Below, one piece after another: positions 1-8,373 of a stretch of 28,726 nucleotides of DNA; within the stretch, counting starts at the first letter, position 1; each line of letters starts with the position of its first letter. Made by a program: the position numbers and the translations under genes. The notes beneath the pieces were generated by a model that searched no databases, had not been told where the DNA came from, and worked only from the letters and a program-made list of their open reading frames with translations. The stretch lies in the NCBI GenBank assembly GCA_050298595.1, contig JBNKUM010000038.1:1-28726 (forward strand), written 5' to 3'. The stretch comes from Gammaproteobacteria bacterium (GTDB lineage: Bacteria; Pseudomonadota; Gammaproteobacteria; GCA-001735895).

Positions 1-782
1 TAAAGAGTAAAAACCTGATTTGCAGTTAAGGCATTGATAGTCTCACTGCCTGAAGTTGCTTTTGATCCTGACCAGTCACCCGCAGCGCTACAACTACTGG
101 CATTCGTACTGCTCCAGGTTAATATTGTGTCGCCATTATACGCTACACTCAAAGGACTTGCTGTCAGGCTTAAGGTTGGGGTTGTATCTGCTACCACAGT
201 GACGCTAACCGAATCATTTACGACTCCTCCCGGACCTGAGCAGGAAAGATTAAAGGTATTGTTATTGACTATGGAGTTGATCACTTCTGAACCTGAAGCA
301 GCTTTGCTGCCTGACCAGTCTCCTGAAGCTGTACACTCAGTAGCATTGGTGGAGGACCAGCTCAGCGTGGTTGAAGAATTCATATTAACCGCGCTTGACG
401 AAGCTGAAAATGTCAGGGTTGGTACGACTACGTCTCCAACATAAACAATAACTGTATCGCTGACTGCCGTAGCTTCGCTCATACAGCTCAGAGTAAATGT
501 GCTGTCCTCACTCAGCTGATCGATCACCTCAGAACCAGTGACCGACTTATTCCCTGACCAATCCCCAATAGCCACACAATTAGAGGCATTATCGACCATC
601 CAGGTTAATGTAACACTCCCGTTATTACTGATATTGGTTAGATTACTTTCAAGTGTGACTCTTGCACTTACGTCGTCACTACCATCCCTTGTTGTAATCG
701 TCATTTCACCATCGCATCCCGTTAGAAACCACGAAAGCATGATTGAAAAAAGGATAAATTTAAAATTAGAATATCGCATCAT
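1..782 (-). CDS. Surface lipoprotein with tandem 81-aa Cys/Trp beta-sandwich (Ig-like) repeats; runs off window start
   Basis: Hand translation from ATG 782: MMRYSNFKFILFSIMLSWFLTG-C-DGEM (signal peptide II, lipobox LTGC). Repeats TWMVDNASNCVAIGDWSGNK, SWSSTNATECTASGDWSGSK, TWSSTNASSCSAAGDWSGSK; no stop seen before position 1. Confidence 0.88.
   Translation of the reverse strand, partial: MMRYSNFKFILFSIMLSWFLTGCDGEMTITTRDGSDDVSARVTLESNLTNISNNGSVTLTWMVDNASNCVAIGDWSGNKSVTGSEVIDQLSEDSTFTLSCMSEATAVSDTVIVYVGDVVVPTLTFSASSSAVNMNSSTTLSWSSTNATECTASGDWSGSKAASGSEVINSIVNNNTFNLSCSGPGGVVNDSVSVTVVADTTPTLSLTASPLSVAYNGDTILTWSSTNASSCSAAGDWSGSKATSGSETINALTANQVFTL
68..563 (-). repeat. Intragenic tandem repeat, 243-bp period
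   Basis: ctgacca(g/a)tc (the DWS codons on the minus strand) at 68, 311 and 554, exactly 243 bp apart. Confidence 0.9.
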
Positions 783-991
783 TCTGTACCTGACCTGTAA
801 AATGAGTCGAACTCAAAAAACAAATATCAGTTCGAAATTGTTAATAAACTCTGAATTTAAAAACGGGAATGTGGAGCCGGAGTGGCTACCAAAAAGAAAT
901 ACAAACAGAGAGTGCCAATTAAATCCCTTCAGGCATTTCCAGTAGAATAGTGATACGACTTAATTCCAACCAGTTACTGTTTTTCTATGAT

Positions 992-1078
992 CTCTGGTAA
1001 CCCGGCTGTCTTAGTGAAATTCACCTTAGACCCGTGGCATTGCGTCCCAGTCTTTCAACTGGTTTGCCTTTTTCAGAT
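992..1078 (-). ncRNA. c-di-GMP-I (GEMM-I) riboswitch
   Basis: Minus strand reads GGCAAACCAGTTGAAAGACTGGGACGCAATGCCACGGGTCTAAGGTGAATTTCACTAAGACAGCCGGGTTACCAG. It has GGCAAACC, the GAAA tetraloop, GGGACGCAA, the CTAA receptor and GGGTTACC, matching the Vc2-type consensus, and lies in the lipoprotein leader. Confidence 0.93.
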
Positions 1079-1084
1079 ATGCGT

Positions 1085-1114
1085 AATATAACGGAAAAGC
1101 TTACTAAATTGCAA
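1085..1114 (-). promoter_or_regulatory. Putative sigma70 promoter for the riboswitch-lipoprotein transcript
   Basis: Minus strand TTGCAA-N18-TATATT, placing the start near 1078 at the aptamer 5' end. Confidence 0.45.
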
Positions 1115-1136
1115 AAATGTGACGAAGTTCACTGAA
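1115..1136. promoter_or_regulatory. Putative CRP-family binding site
   Basis: AAA-TGTGA-CGAAGT-TCACT (core 1118-1133) matches TGTGA-N6-TCACA at 9/10 and abuts the putative -35. Confidence 0.5.
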
Positions 1137-1741
1137 TCGGTTTTGAAAGGCGGTTAAATCTCGATAGATTCGTGCTTCTTAAAGGGGTTTTTCTGCTTTA
1201 TTCCTTATCGCAGAACCCGTTATGAGTATTAGTTCTTGTGCCCAGGCTATAATAATTCAGCTTAAAAGCAATTCCTTAAGATTAAATTACAGATATGAAC
1301 GTTATAAAATCTACAAATAAGGCTGATTAAATTTCCTAATATAAGTTTAATAACGTACACAATTTCTGAAGTTCTTTCTTCCAGTACACCCAATGGGGTT
1401 ACCCAAATTACCCAGAATTATCGTCGAAACACAGTCCGAAGGCTGATTAAAATCATCTGATAGAGCCCCTCTAATCAGTATTTCTGCGCAGATGCGAATA
1501 TCGCCTCTATCCATACCAAAGCCAGTTTTACCTTCTTACTGCCATATAATGACAAGCTCTTTAATTTCATCGTCATAACATCCAGCGGTATAGCAGGCTC
1601 ATCTTTGAGAAAATGTTCGCTGAACTGCAACTTATTCCTGATTTATTTTTAATCCCTGGCTGATAATATACTGACCCTAAGCCTTAACTAATAAGATGAC
1701 CCCGCCAATTAACTTCGACGAGTAGTACCGTCGGTGACATA

Positions 1742-3595
1742 ATGACTGATAGCAAAAAAATAATTCTTGGCCTTTCCGCTTTTTACCATGACAGTGCCGC
1801 CGCTCTGGTGGTTGACGGTGAAATAATCGCCGCTGCGCAAGAAGAGCGTTATACCCGAAAAAAACATGACCCCGGCTTTCCTGAAAATGCTATTCGCTAT
1901 TGCTTGCAAGAAGCAGGAATTACGCTTGGAGATGTAACTCAGGTTGTTTTTTACGATAAACCTCTGGTGAAATTTGAGCGCTTGCTAGAAACCTATATTC
2001 ACTACGCGCCCAGAGGTTTCCATTCGTTTTTGGCGGCTATGCCCGTGTGGCTTAAGGAAAAACTTTTTTTAAAAGCAACCTTAAAAAAATCCCTTGCCGC
2101 CATGAATGGTATTAAAGAGCACGATTTACCGCAGCTTTTATTTAACGACCATCATCGTTCTCACGCCGCATCCGCGTTCTATCCAAGCCCCTACGAAAAG
2201 GCTGCAGTGATGTGTCTGGATGGCGTAGGCGAATGGGCTACCAGCACGGTATGGTTGGGTGAAGGGCACAGTTTAACGCCTCAGTGGGAAATCGATTTTC
2301 CTCACTCCTTAGGGTTACTGTATTCCGCTTTTACTTATTACACAGGATTTAAAGTGAATGCGGGTGAATACAAGTTAATGGGTTTAGCGCCTTACGGTGA
2401 GCCCACTTATGTCGATTTAATTTTTGATAATATTATCGATGTTAAAGAAGATGGCACCTTCAAGCTGGACATGAGTTACTTTAATTATGCTACCGGCCTA
2501 ACCATGGTGAATAAAAAATTCTGCGATCTATTCGGAGGACCTGCTAGAAAACCTGAATCGGAATTACGGCAAAAAGAAATGGACATTGCGCGTTCTATTC
2601 AAGTGGTCACCGAAGAAATAATTCTTAAATTGGCTGCCACAGTAAAGCTCGAGACCGGCTGCGATAATTTATGTCTGGCTGGTGGCGTCGCCTTAAATTG
2701 TGTAGCAAATGGGCGCTTGCTTCGCGAAGGCGCTTTTAAAAATATCTGGATTCAACCTGCAGCGGGAGATGCAGGTGGTGCTTTGGGTGCAGCACTTAGT
2801 GTCTGGTACGAATATTTAGGTAACGAACGCAAAGTGAATCTGAAGGATTCCATGCAGGGCAGTTATTTAGGCAATAAATTTAGCAACGACGAAGTGCAAA
2901 CCGCATTAGATAAATGTGGTGCAAAATATCAACGGCTTGACGACGCACAGTTAATGCCAGAACTGGCCACAATTTTAGCAGATGAAAAAATTATTGGCTG
3001 GTGCCAGGGCCGAATGGAGTTTGGGCCGCGTTCCTTAGGTGGGCGCTCAATTTTGGGCGATCCACGTAGCCCAAAAACACAATCGACGATGAATTTAAAA
3101 ATTAAATACCGAGAATCTTTTCGACCGTTCGCACCCGCCGTAAAGGCTGAAAAAGTGAATGAGTGGTTCGAGATTAATGAGCGCAGCCCTTATATGCTGT
3201 TGGTGGCACCGGTAAAACAGGAAAAATGTTTTGCCATAACCGAAGAACAGGAAAAACTGTTTGGTATCGAAAAATTGAATATACCACGCTCCGAAATCCC
3301 TGCTGTTACTCATGTAGATCATTCTGCGCGTGTACAAACGATTCACAGTGAGACCAATCCACGTTTTTATCATTTGATCGATCAGTTTGAACAAATAACT
3401 AACTGTCCTGTATTGGTAAATACATCGTTTAACGTGCGTGGCGAACCCATTGTGTGTACGCCGAAAGATGCTTACCGCTGTTTTATGCGCACTGAAATGG
3501 ACTGTTTAGTCGTAGAAAATTTTCTGATGTATAAACAGGAGCAACCCAAATGGGAAGAGCAAGGGGATTGGCGCAATGAATTTGAACTGGATTAA
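1742..3595 (+). CDS. O-carbamoyltransferase, NodU/CmcH/TobZ family (SxtI-like)
   Basis: ILGLSAFYHDSAA, AQEERYTRKKHD, HHRSHAASAF, DGVGE, GEYKLMGLAPYG, AGGVALNCVANG, GRMEFGPRSLGGRS and LVNTSFN; 617 aa. Confidence 0.95.
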   Translation: MTDSKKIILGLSAFYHDSAAALVVDGEIIAAAQEERYTRKKHDPGFPENAIRYCLQEAGITLGDVTQVVFYDKPLVKFERLLETYIHYAPRGFHSFLAAMPVWLKEKLFLKATLKKSLAAMNGIKEHDLPQLLFNDHHRSHAASAFYPSPYEKAAVMCLDGVGEWATSTVWLGEGHSLTPQWEIDFPHSLGLLYSAFTYYTGFKVNAGEYKLMGLAPYGEPTYVDLIFDNIIDVKEDGTFKLDMSYFNYATGLTMVNKKFCDLFGGPARKPESELRQKEMDIARSIQVVTEEIILKLAATVKLETGCDNLCLAGGVALNCVANGRLLREGAFKNIWIQPAAGDAGGALGAALSVWYEYLGNERKVNLKDSMQGSYLGNKFSNDEVQTALDKCGAKYQRLDDAQLMPELATILADEKIIGWCQGRMEFGPRSLGGRSILGDPRSPKTQSTMNLKIKYRESFRPFAPAVKAEKVNEWFEINERSPYMLLVAPVKQEKCFAITEEQEKLFGIEKLNIPRSEIPAVTHVDHSARVQTIHSETNPRFYHLIDQFEQITNCPVLVNTSFNVRGEPIVCTPKDAYRCFMRTEMDCLVVENFLMYKQEQPKWEEQGDWRNEFELD

Positions 3596-3607
3596 TTGGG
3601 AAAGTAT

Positions 3608-4015
3608 ATGAATATGCAAACGAACAATAACCCCACACTAAAGCAATTGCGTGAATTTGGATTTGTAACTGGCGCGATATTGGTTGGCTTGTTTGGTTTA
3701 CTTTTACCCTGGATTTTTGATCACGCTATACCTCGTTGGCCCTGGATAATCGCAGCGTTACTGATAATTTGGGCGCTTGTTCATACTAGAAGTTTAATTT
3801 ATGTTTATCGACCATGGCTGAAGTTTGGCGCGATTATGGGCTTGATTAACTCCCGCATTATTTTAGGGATCATTTTTTTTCTTATCGTAACACCGGTCGG
3901 TTGGGTTATACGGTTGTTTGGTAAACGCTTGCTGGAAAAGACAGTAGACGATAGCCAGAGTTACCGCGTTACCAGTACAAAGCCGGACAATAAACATATG
4001 GAGAATCCATACTGA
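3608..4015 (+). CDS. SxtJ-family membrane protein
   Basis: LREFG motif, hydrophobic helices, W-x-K-F-G-x3-G-x-INSRIILGIIFFLIVTPVG, C-terminal MENPY; directly after the carbamoyltransferase. ATG 3608 preferred to TTG 3596. Confidence 0.85.
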   Translation: MNMQTNNNPTLKQLREFGFVTGAILVGLFGLLLPWIFDHAIPRWPWIIAALLIIWALVHTRSLIYVYRPWLKFGAIMGLINSRIILGIIFFLIVTPVGWVIRLFGKRLLEKTVDDSQSYRVTSTKPDNKHMENPY

Positions 4016-4167
4016 TGTTTGATTTACTGGCTGATTTGTGGGGCTTTATGAAAGCCCGTAAGAAATTCTGGTTAGGCCCTATTATTGCGGTATTACTGCT
4101 GTTGGGTGTTTTAATTGTTTTTGCTCAGGGATCGGCTGTTGCCCCCTTTATTTATACTCTTTTCTAG
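4015..4167 (+). CDS. DUF5989/SxtK-family 50-aa membrane peptide (not in ORF track)
   Basis: TGATG overlap with the SxtJ stop; MFDLLADLWGFMKARKKFWLGPIIAVLLLLGVLIVFAQGSAVAPFIYTLF* has the RKKFWL and APFIYTLF signatures. Confidence 0.92.
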   Translation: MFDLLADLWGFMKARKKFWLGPIIAVLLLLGVLIVFAQGSAVAPFIYTLF

Positions 4168-4205
4168 CTGGCGTACTTCTGAGTTTCGCTTTGATTCAGC
4201 AAAAT

Positions 4206-4243
4206 AAAAAAAGCGAGATCCCATAAAGGCGCTCGCTTTTTTT
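4206..4243. terminator. Bidirectional intrinsic terminator
   Basis: A7-GCGAG, 14-nt loop, CTCGC-T7 between convergent genes. Confidence 0.75.
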
Positions 4244-4268
4244 GTCGTCCAGATAAGATGCGCCTGTG

Positions 4269-5330
4269 TTATGTATTATCCGTCCAAAGGGTTTGAATTT
4301 TTTCAGCAATAGCTTCACCTGCGCAACGGTTGCCAAGAGAGTTGGGGTGATAGCGATCGTAGCTTATGGTGTTGCCTTTTGGCGCTTTCTTTTTACATTC
4401 TCGGAAAGTTTCTAATAAATCCAAATGGTGAAAACCATGCTTTTCAGAAATTGCCTCGATTTTTTTGTGCTCTTCAGCAAAAGCGTATTCGCCCTCTAAG
4501 CCCTGATCATTTTTATCAAAATCAGGGAACACTGTAAGTAATACTTCAAAGTTGTGAGTTTTGCCTAGCTGGGCCAGCTCTGCAAACGAGTCTTCAACTG
4601 TGTCGGAGTAAAATTGTTTAATGACGTCCCCACTTTTTTCAGCTGCAACGGTATCTTCCGTAAACAATGGTGGTAGTACTTTGTAGGTAATCATACGCAG
4701 GAAATCACTCTGCTTAACAATGGGATTTACTCGTGCGCGACTTAACACGCTATTGCCCGAAACTTTGCGTTCTTCTGCAAGCAGTAACCCGAGAATATTA
4801 CCATCGTCCTGTGACCGGTCGTTTAAGCAATAGGCCACTACTACCAGGTCTGGCTTGTATTGCAGCCCTCGTACTTTTAGCGTTTCCACCTCCTGGCGAG
4901 TATTGTAACCCGACACACCAAAATTCATAACATCAGTTTTGTGGCCCATTTTATTCAGGCTATTTTCCATTATTGTGGTGAAAATATTTTTGTCTTCGTT
5001 AATCCACAGGCCTGCTGTTATGCTATCGCCGATAACGGCTACGCGTTTGCTGCCGGGTTCTTTTATAAGCCTGTGATCATAGTCGCGGTAGCCCATATTA
5101 TTACTCGCACCGCGGTAGCCGTAATACCGTACAGACAGGTTTTCACCTTTGAGGTTGGGTATAGGCTCATAACCGATTACAGGGTTGTCTGACTGGCGCA
5201 CTCGCCATTTTTCGACGTAAACAACCTCTGGGGCCAGACCCAACATCCGCACGACAATCTCGCAGATGCCAAAAGCAAAAACAAGACTAATAACGACGAG
5301 CAGGGAATTCCCTATAATTTTCTTATACAT
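4269..5330 (-). CDS. Membrane-anchored SGNH/GDSL hydrolase or acyltransferase
   Basis: N-terminal TM ending EIVVR, GYRD, VIGDSITAG (block I), NFGVSGYNT (II), CLND (III), DRYHPN (V). Confidence 0.9.
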   Translation of the reverse strand: MYKKIIGNSLLVVISLVFAFGICEIVVRMLGLAPEVVYVEKWRVRQSDNPVIGYEPIPNLKGENLSVRYYGYRGASNNMGYRDYDHRLIKEPGSKRVAVIGDSITAGLWINEDKNIFTTIMENSLNKMGHKTDVMNFGVSGYNTRQEVETLKVRGLQYKPDLVVVAYCLNDRSQDDGNILGLLLAEERKVSGNSVLSRARVNPIVKQSDFLRMITYKVLPPLFTEDTVAAEKSGDVIKQFYSDTVEDSFAELAQLGKTHNFEVLLTVFPDFDKNDQGLEGEYAFAEEHKKIEAISEKHGFHHLDLLETFRECKKKAPKGNTISYDRYHPNSLGNRCAGEAIAEKIQTLWTDNT

Positions 5331-5698
5331 TTTGTATCTCTATTAGCTGGTGTGTAGAGGGTTATTTAATGTTCTATTTTCTTCCTGTCTATTAAAATAT
5401 CTCCCAATAAATAAGCAGTATACGTGTAGTCCCTGGCTTTTATTGGCTCGCATTAGTCATAGCTTAATGAAGGTACGTCTCGCTACCTTATATTAATCAG
5501 GCAGTTATTTTTGCCTGGTTAATAGTATTGAAATGCGACGTTCATTTTATCAGCTTGACCCCCAAGGGGGATGGTCAAATTGCCGAAATTTTTCATAATT
5601 ATGCGAGCGAAAAAATCCCGAACGCGGATGAACAACTATATTTTTATGGAACTTTTACACAAAAATTAGCATACCGCATACAGGGATAATCAATATTA

Positions 5699-5793
5699 TA
5701 GGTAGCTCTGATCAATTACGTTGTATCCCTGGTCCTCAGGCTGATATCCAATCAAGGCGCAGAGACAAAACTTAATTAATCAGAGGTGCCTTA
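5699..5793. mobile_element. Degenerate MITE-like element (~95 bp)
   Basis: Imperfect terminal inverted repeats: TAGGTAGCTCTGATCAATTACGTT versus the reverse complement of the right end, TAAGGCACCTCTGATTAATTAAGTT; TA at both ends. Confidence 0.45.
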
Positions 5794-5834
5794 AACCTGA
5801 TAGAGTCCCTTATTTATACAAATTTCATTTGAAT

Positions 5835-6497
5835 ATGGATACTCACAATTGGCCTGACCCTTCTGAAGATAAGCGGCGACTGAGTAACGCTTTTACCGTT
5901 GCGCTGTTATTTACGCTACTGCTATGGGTATTAAAATTTACAGAATATTTTACAGCTATCGATTTTATCCGGCTCGGTATCTACCCGCGCCGTGCGACCG
6001 GTCTAATCGGAATAATCTGTGCGCCCTTAATACATAGCTCCTTCGCACATCTGTTCGCCAATACAGCACCTATCATTTTGATTGGGACCATGCTTCTTTA
6101 CGGTTATCCACGCGCTGCCAGAGTATTGTTGCCAGTTGTTTATCTAGGCAACGGTATTAGCGTGTGGCTGTTTGCCCGTGAGTCATATCATATTGGGGCT
6201 AGCGGACTCGCTTTCGGTATGCTGTTTTTTGTTTTTACGGTTGGTATTCTTCGCTGGGACCGGCGAGCCATAGCGCTATCACTGGTAGTATTTTTTCTTT
6301 ATGGAGGGATGATCTTGGGGGTTTTACCCATCCAGCAGGACATATCCTTCGAGTCACATTTGAGTGGTGCTCTGATAGGTATAATGCTTGCCTTCCGTCT
6401 CAGGCAGCATGACCCAGCAGCACCGCGTAAGCAGTACAGCTGGGAACAGGAGGATGAAGAAGCTGATGATAACGAGGACCGGCCAGACCGATTATAG
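5835..6497 (+). CDS. Rhomboid family intramembrane serine protease
   Basis: PLIHSSFAHLFAN, HIGASG (catalytic Ser), ISFESHLSGA (catalytic His), about 6 TM. Confidence 0.93.
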   Translation: MDTHNWPDPSEDKRRLSNAFTVALLFTLLLWVLKFTEYFTAIDFIRLGIYPRRATGLIGIICAPLIHSSFAHLFANTAPIILIGTMLLYGYPRAARVLLPVVYLGNGISVWLFARESYHIGASGLAFGMLFFVFTVGILRWDRRAIALSLVVFFLYGGMILGVLPIQQDISFESHLSGALIGIMLAFRLRQHDPAAPRKQYSWEQEDEEADDNEDRPDRL

Positions 6498-6573
6498 CCT
6501 GAAGCCAGGCATTGCCCTTTTGATTTTCTTCCTTTGTATTTGCTGCAACCTGCCCTGGCTTCCTGAATTCCCG

Positions 6574-6875
6574 TCACCGCCTGATAGATAGCTTGATGAA
6601 GCTGAAGTATGCGTCATATGGGTAGACTATGTATTCGCTGTTAGTTTCTGGAATGTATTGCGCAAGAAAGTCCGAATCTTCAGCTTGAGGTAAATCACCA
6701 ATATCCACGCCGACCGACAGTATAAGTGTCGGAGTCATTAATGCTTGCAGGCTGTAAGAAAACCACGGGCTAAACCCAAATCCAGAGAAACAACACAAGT
6801 GATGCGCTCGTCTTTTAAACCGCCTATCGACTAACCTTTTTGCTCCTTATCTAAACACAACTCTGACCCGAATGT
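6574..6875 (-). pseudogene. C-terminal remnant of an alpha/beta hydrolase (dienelactone-hydrolase-like)
   Basis: After an in-frame TAG, SIGGLKDERITCVVSLDLGLARGF, then a frameshift into SLQALMTPTLILSVGVDIGDLPQAEDSDFLAQYIP...DAYFSFI (HFSF-like motif with His lost). Confidence 0.6.
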
Positions 6876-7011
6876 CCGTAATGTATTGGATACATTAACC
6901 CTTTATAGCTATATTAGATGTATATATGTACTCATTAGTGTTTTGGCATTTTACATTCCTGGCTGGGGCTAAGCAACCTGGACAGAATCTCTGATATGAA
7001 GGTTTAATAAT

Positions 7012-7482
7012 ATGAAAAAAGCATCTGGTTTTACTCTTATTGAGCTGGTGGTGGTTATTGTTCTCTTAGGCATTTTATCTGCCGTAGCACTCGGTAAATT
7101 TGTATCACTAGGTTCAAATGCGAGAGTGGCTACAGTTCAAGCACTAGCTAGTGAACTTCGCTCTACTGCCGAGATTGCTCATGTTAAGTGTATAGTGACA
7201 CCCGCTTGCGATGAGAATGCTTCGACGGCGCTATTCATTATGGATGATGGTAATACCTATCGATTCAATTATGGTTGGCCTGATGCCGGAAATACGGTAG
7301 TGGGTTTGCAAATTGATGCTTTAATCATCACAACGGGTTATAGAATATCTGAGATATCAAATAGTACTACCCTGTTTGAGATTGTTAGCGCAACAGATCC
7401 GGCTAACTGTTCTGTAGCTTATACAGATGCTTTTCATGGTGGCGGTGAAATAGCAATAACTCCTAAAACTTCTGGTTGCTAA
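7012..7482 (+). CDS. Type IV prepilin, MshA-like
   Basis: MKKASG|FTLIELVVVIVLLGILSAVA methylation motif, 'L..NARVA' helix, C-terminal NCSVAY...SGC Cys pair. Confidence 0.88.
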   Translation: MKKASGFTLIELVVVIVLLGILSAVALGKFVSLGSNARVATVQALASELRSTAEIAHVKCIVTPACDENASTALFIMDDGNTYRFNYGWPDAGNTVVGLQIDALIITTGYRISEISNSTTLFEIVSATDPANCSVAYTDAFHGGGEIAITPKTSGC

Positions 7483-7698
7483 GCATATCTACAGGGCCTC
7501 ATATTCAGCGACAAATTCTCATTACCTTATACCTGAATCCGTTGCTTCAAGGCGATCCTGGATTGAAAAACATCTAGATCGATTATTGCATAGATAAGCT
7601 TTCAGACTCACCTTATCGAAAGCGGTTCCAAAGTGTTGCGAGCCGGTATCAAGGGGTCTTCGATCAACGATTATGCCCCCTTAATGAGCTGCGTATCT

Positions 7699-8373
7699 TT
7701 ACAACGGAGGATCTACCCTGTCTGATACTGAATTATTCACTCTGAACCATCCTGCGATAGAATAGCGATCGCGTGTAGCTGGGACTACCTCATGCGGAAA
7801 CTCTTCACTCAGAAAAACCACTATACTGCCCATCATTGGCAGTACCCTTATTCCCTCTTTGTCACTATCATCCAGGTACATCACCAGCTCACCACCATCA
7901 GTGTTAAGCCAGCCGGGGTTCAGGTAAACAACGATGGTTAGCACACGATTCGACTCCCCCCTGAAAGCATCGTAATGCCTTTTATAAAAATCGCCAGGCG
8001 CATAGTGGGCAAAATGGCTTTCGAAAGAGAACAGGCCCAAAAACAGGCGCCGATTCAGAAACTTTTTTAATTTGTCCGTCCACCCCAGCCACTGCCTTCC
8101 CGCTGACGATTCTCCAGTGATCCAGCAGATGACGTCGGTTCTGACAAACTCGTTGGTTAGATAGGCATCACCTCTCCCAATTCCCGCCCTGGCGTATTTT
8201 TCAGCATCCATAGTCTGCTGATGATTATACAGTGAATCAGCAAGCTCCAACGGTAAAGCGAGCGGACAGATACTGTAACCCTGTGCTTGAAGATCCAATG
8301 CAATACGCGTAAAAAGTGTTTCATCTACAGTATTATCATCGCCTAAACCTGCCAGAGATTTTGCTTCTATCAA
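7699..8373 (-). CDS. 2OG-Fe(II) oxygenase, SM-20/EGL-9 prolyl-hydroxylase-like
   Basis: VRTDVICW, YKRHYDAF (HxD), YLNPGW...GGEL, FPHEVVPATRDRYSIAGWF; TTG start with AGGAG RBS. Confidence 0.9.
   Translation of the reverse strand: MIEAKSLAGLGDDNTVDETLFTRIALDLQAQGYSICPLALPLELADSLYNHQQTMDAEKYARAGIGRGDAYLTNEFVRTDVICWITGESSAGRQWLGWTDKLKKFLNRRLFLGLFSFESHFAHYAPGDFYKRHYDAFRGESNRVLTIVVYLNPGWLNTDGGELVMYLDDSDKEGIRVLPMMGSIVVFLSEEFPHEVVPATRDRYSIAGWFRVNNSVSDRVDPPL

Noticed and set aside
34-945. Track ORFs 34..444 and 538..945 (+)
   Set aside because: Antisense shadows of the minus-strand repeat lipoprotein; their PDQSP repeat mirrors GDWSG.
992-1078. cGAMP-sensing GEMM-Ib variant
   Set aside because: The position equivalent to Vc2 G20 is G, not A.
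1742-4167. Saxitoxin biosynthesis
   Set aside because: No sxtA, sxtG or other core genes in the window; sxtIJK-like trios occur widely in non-producers.
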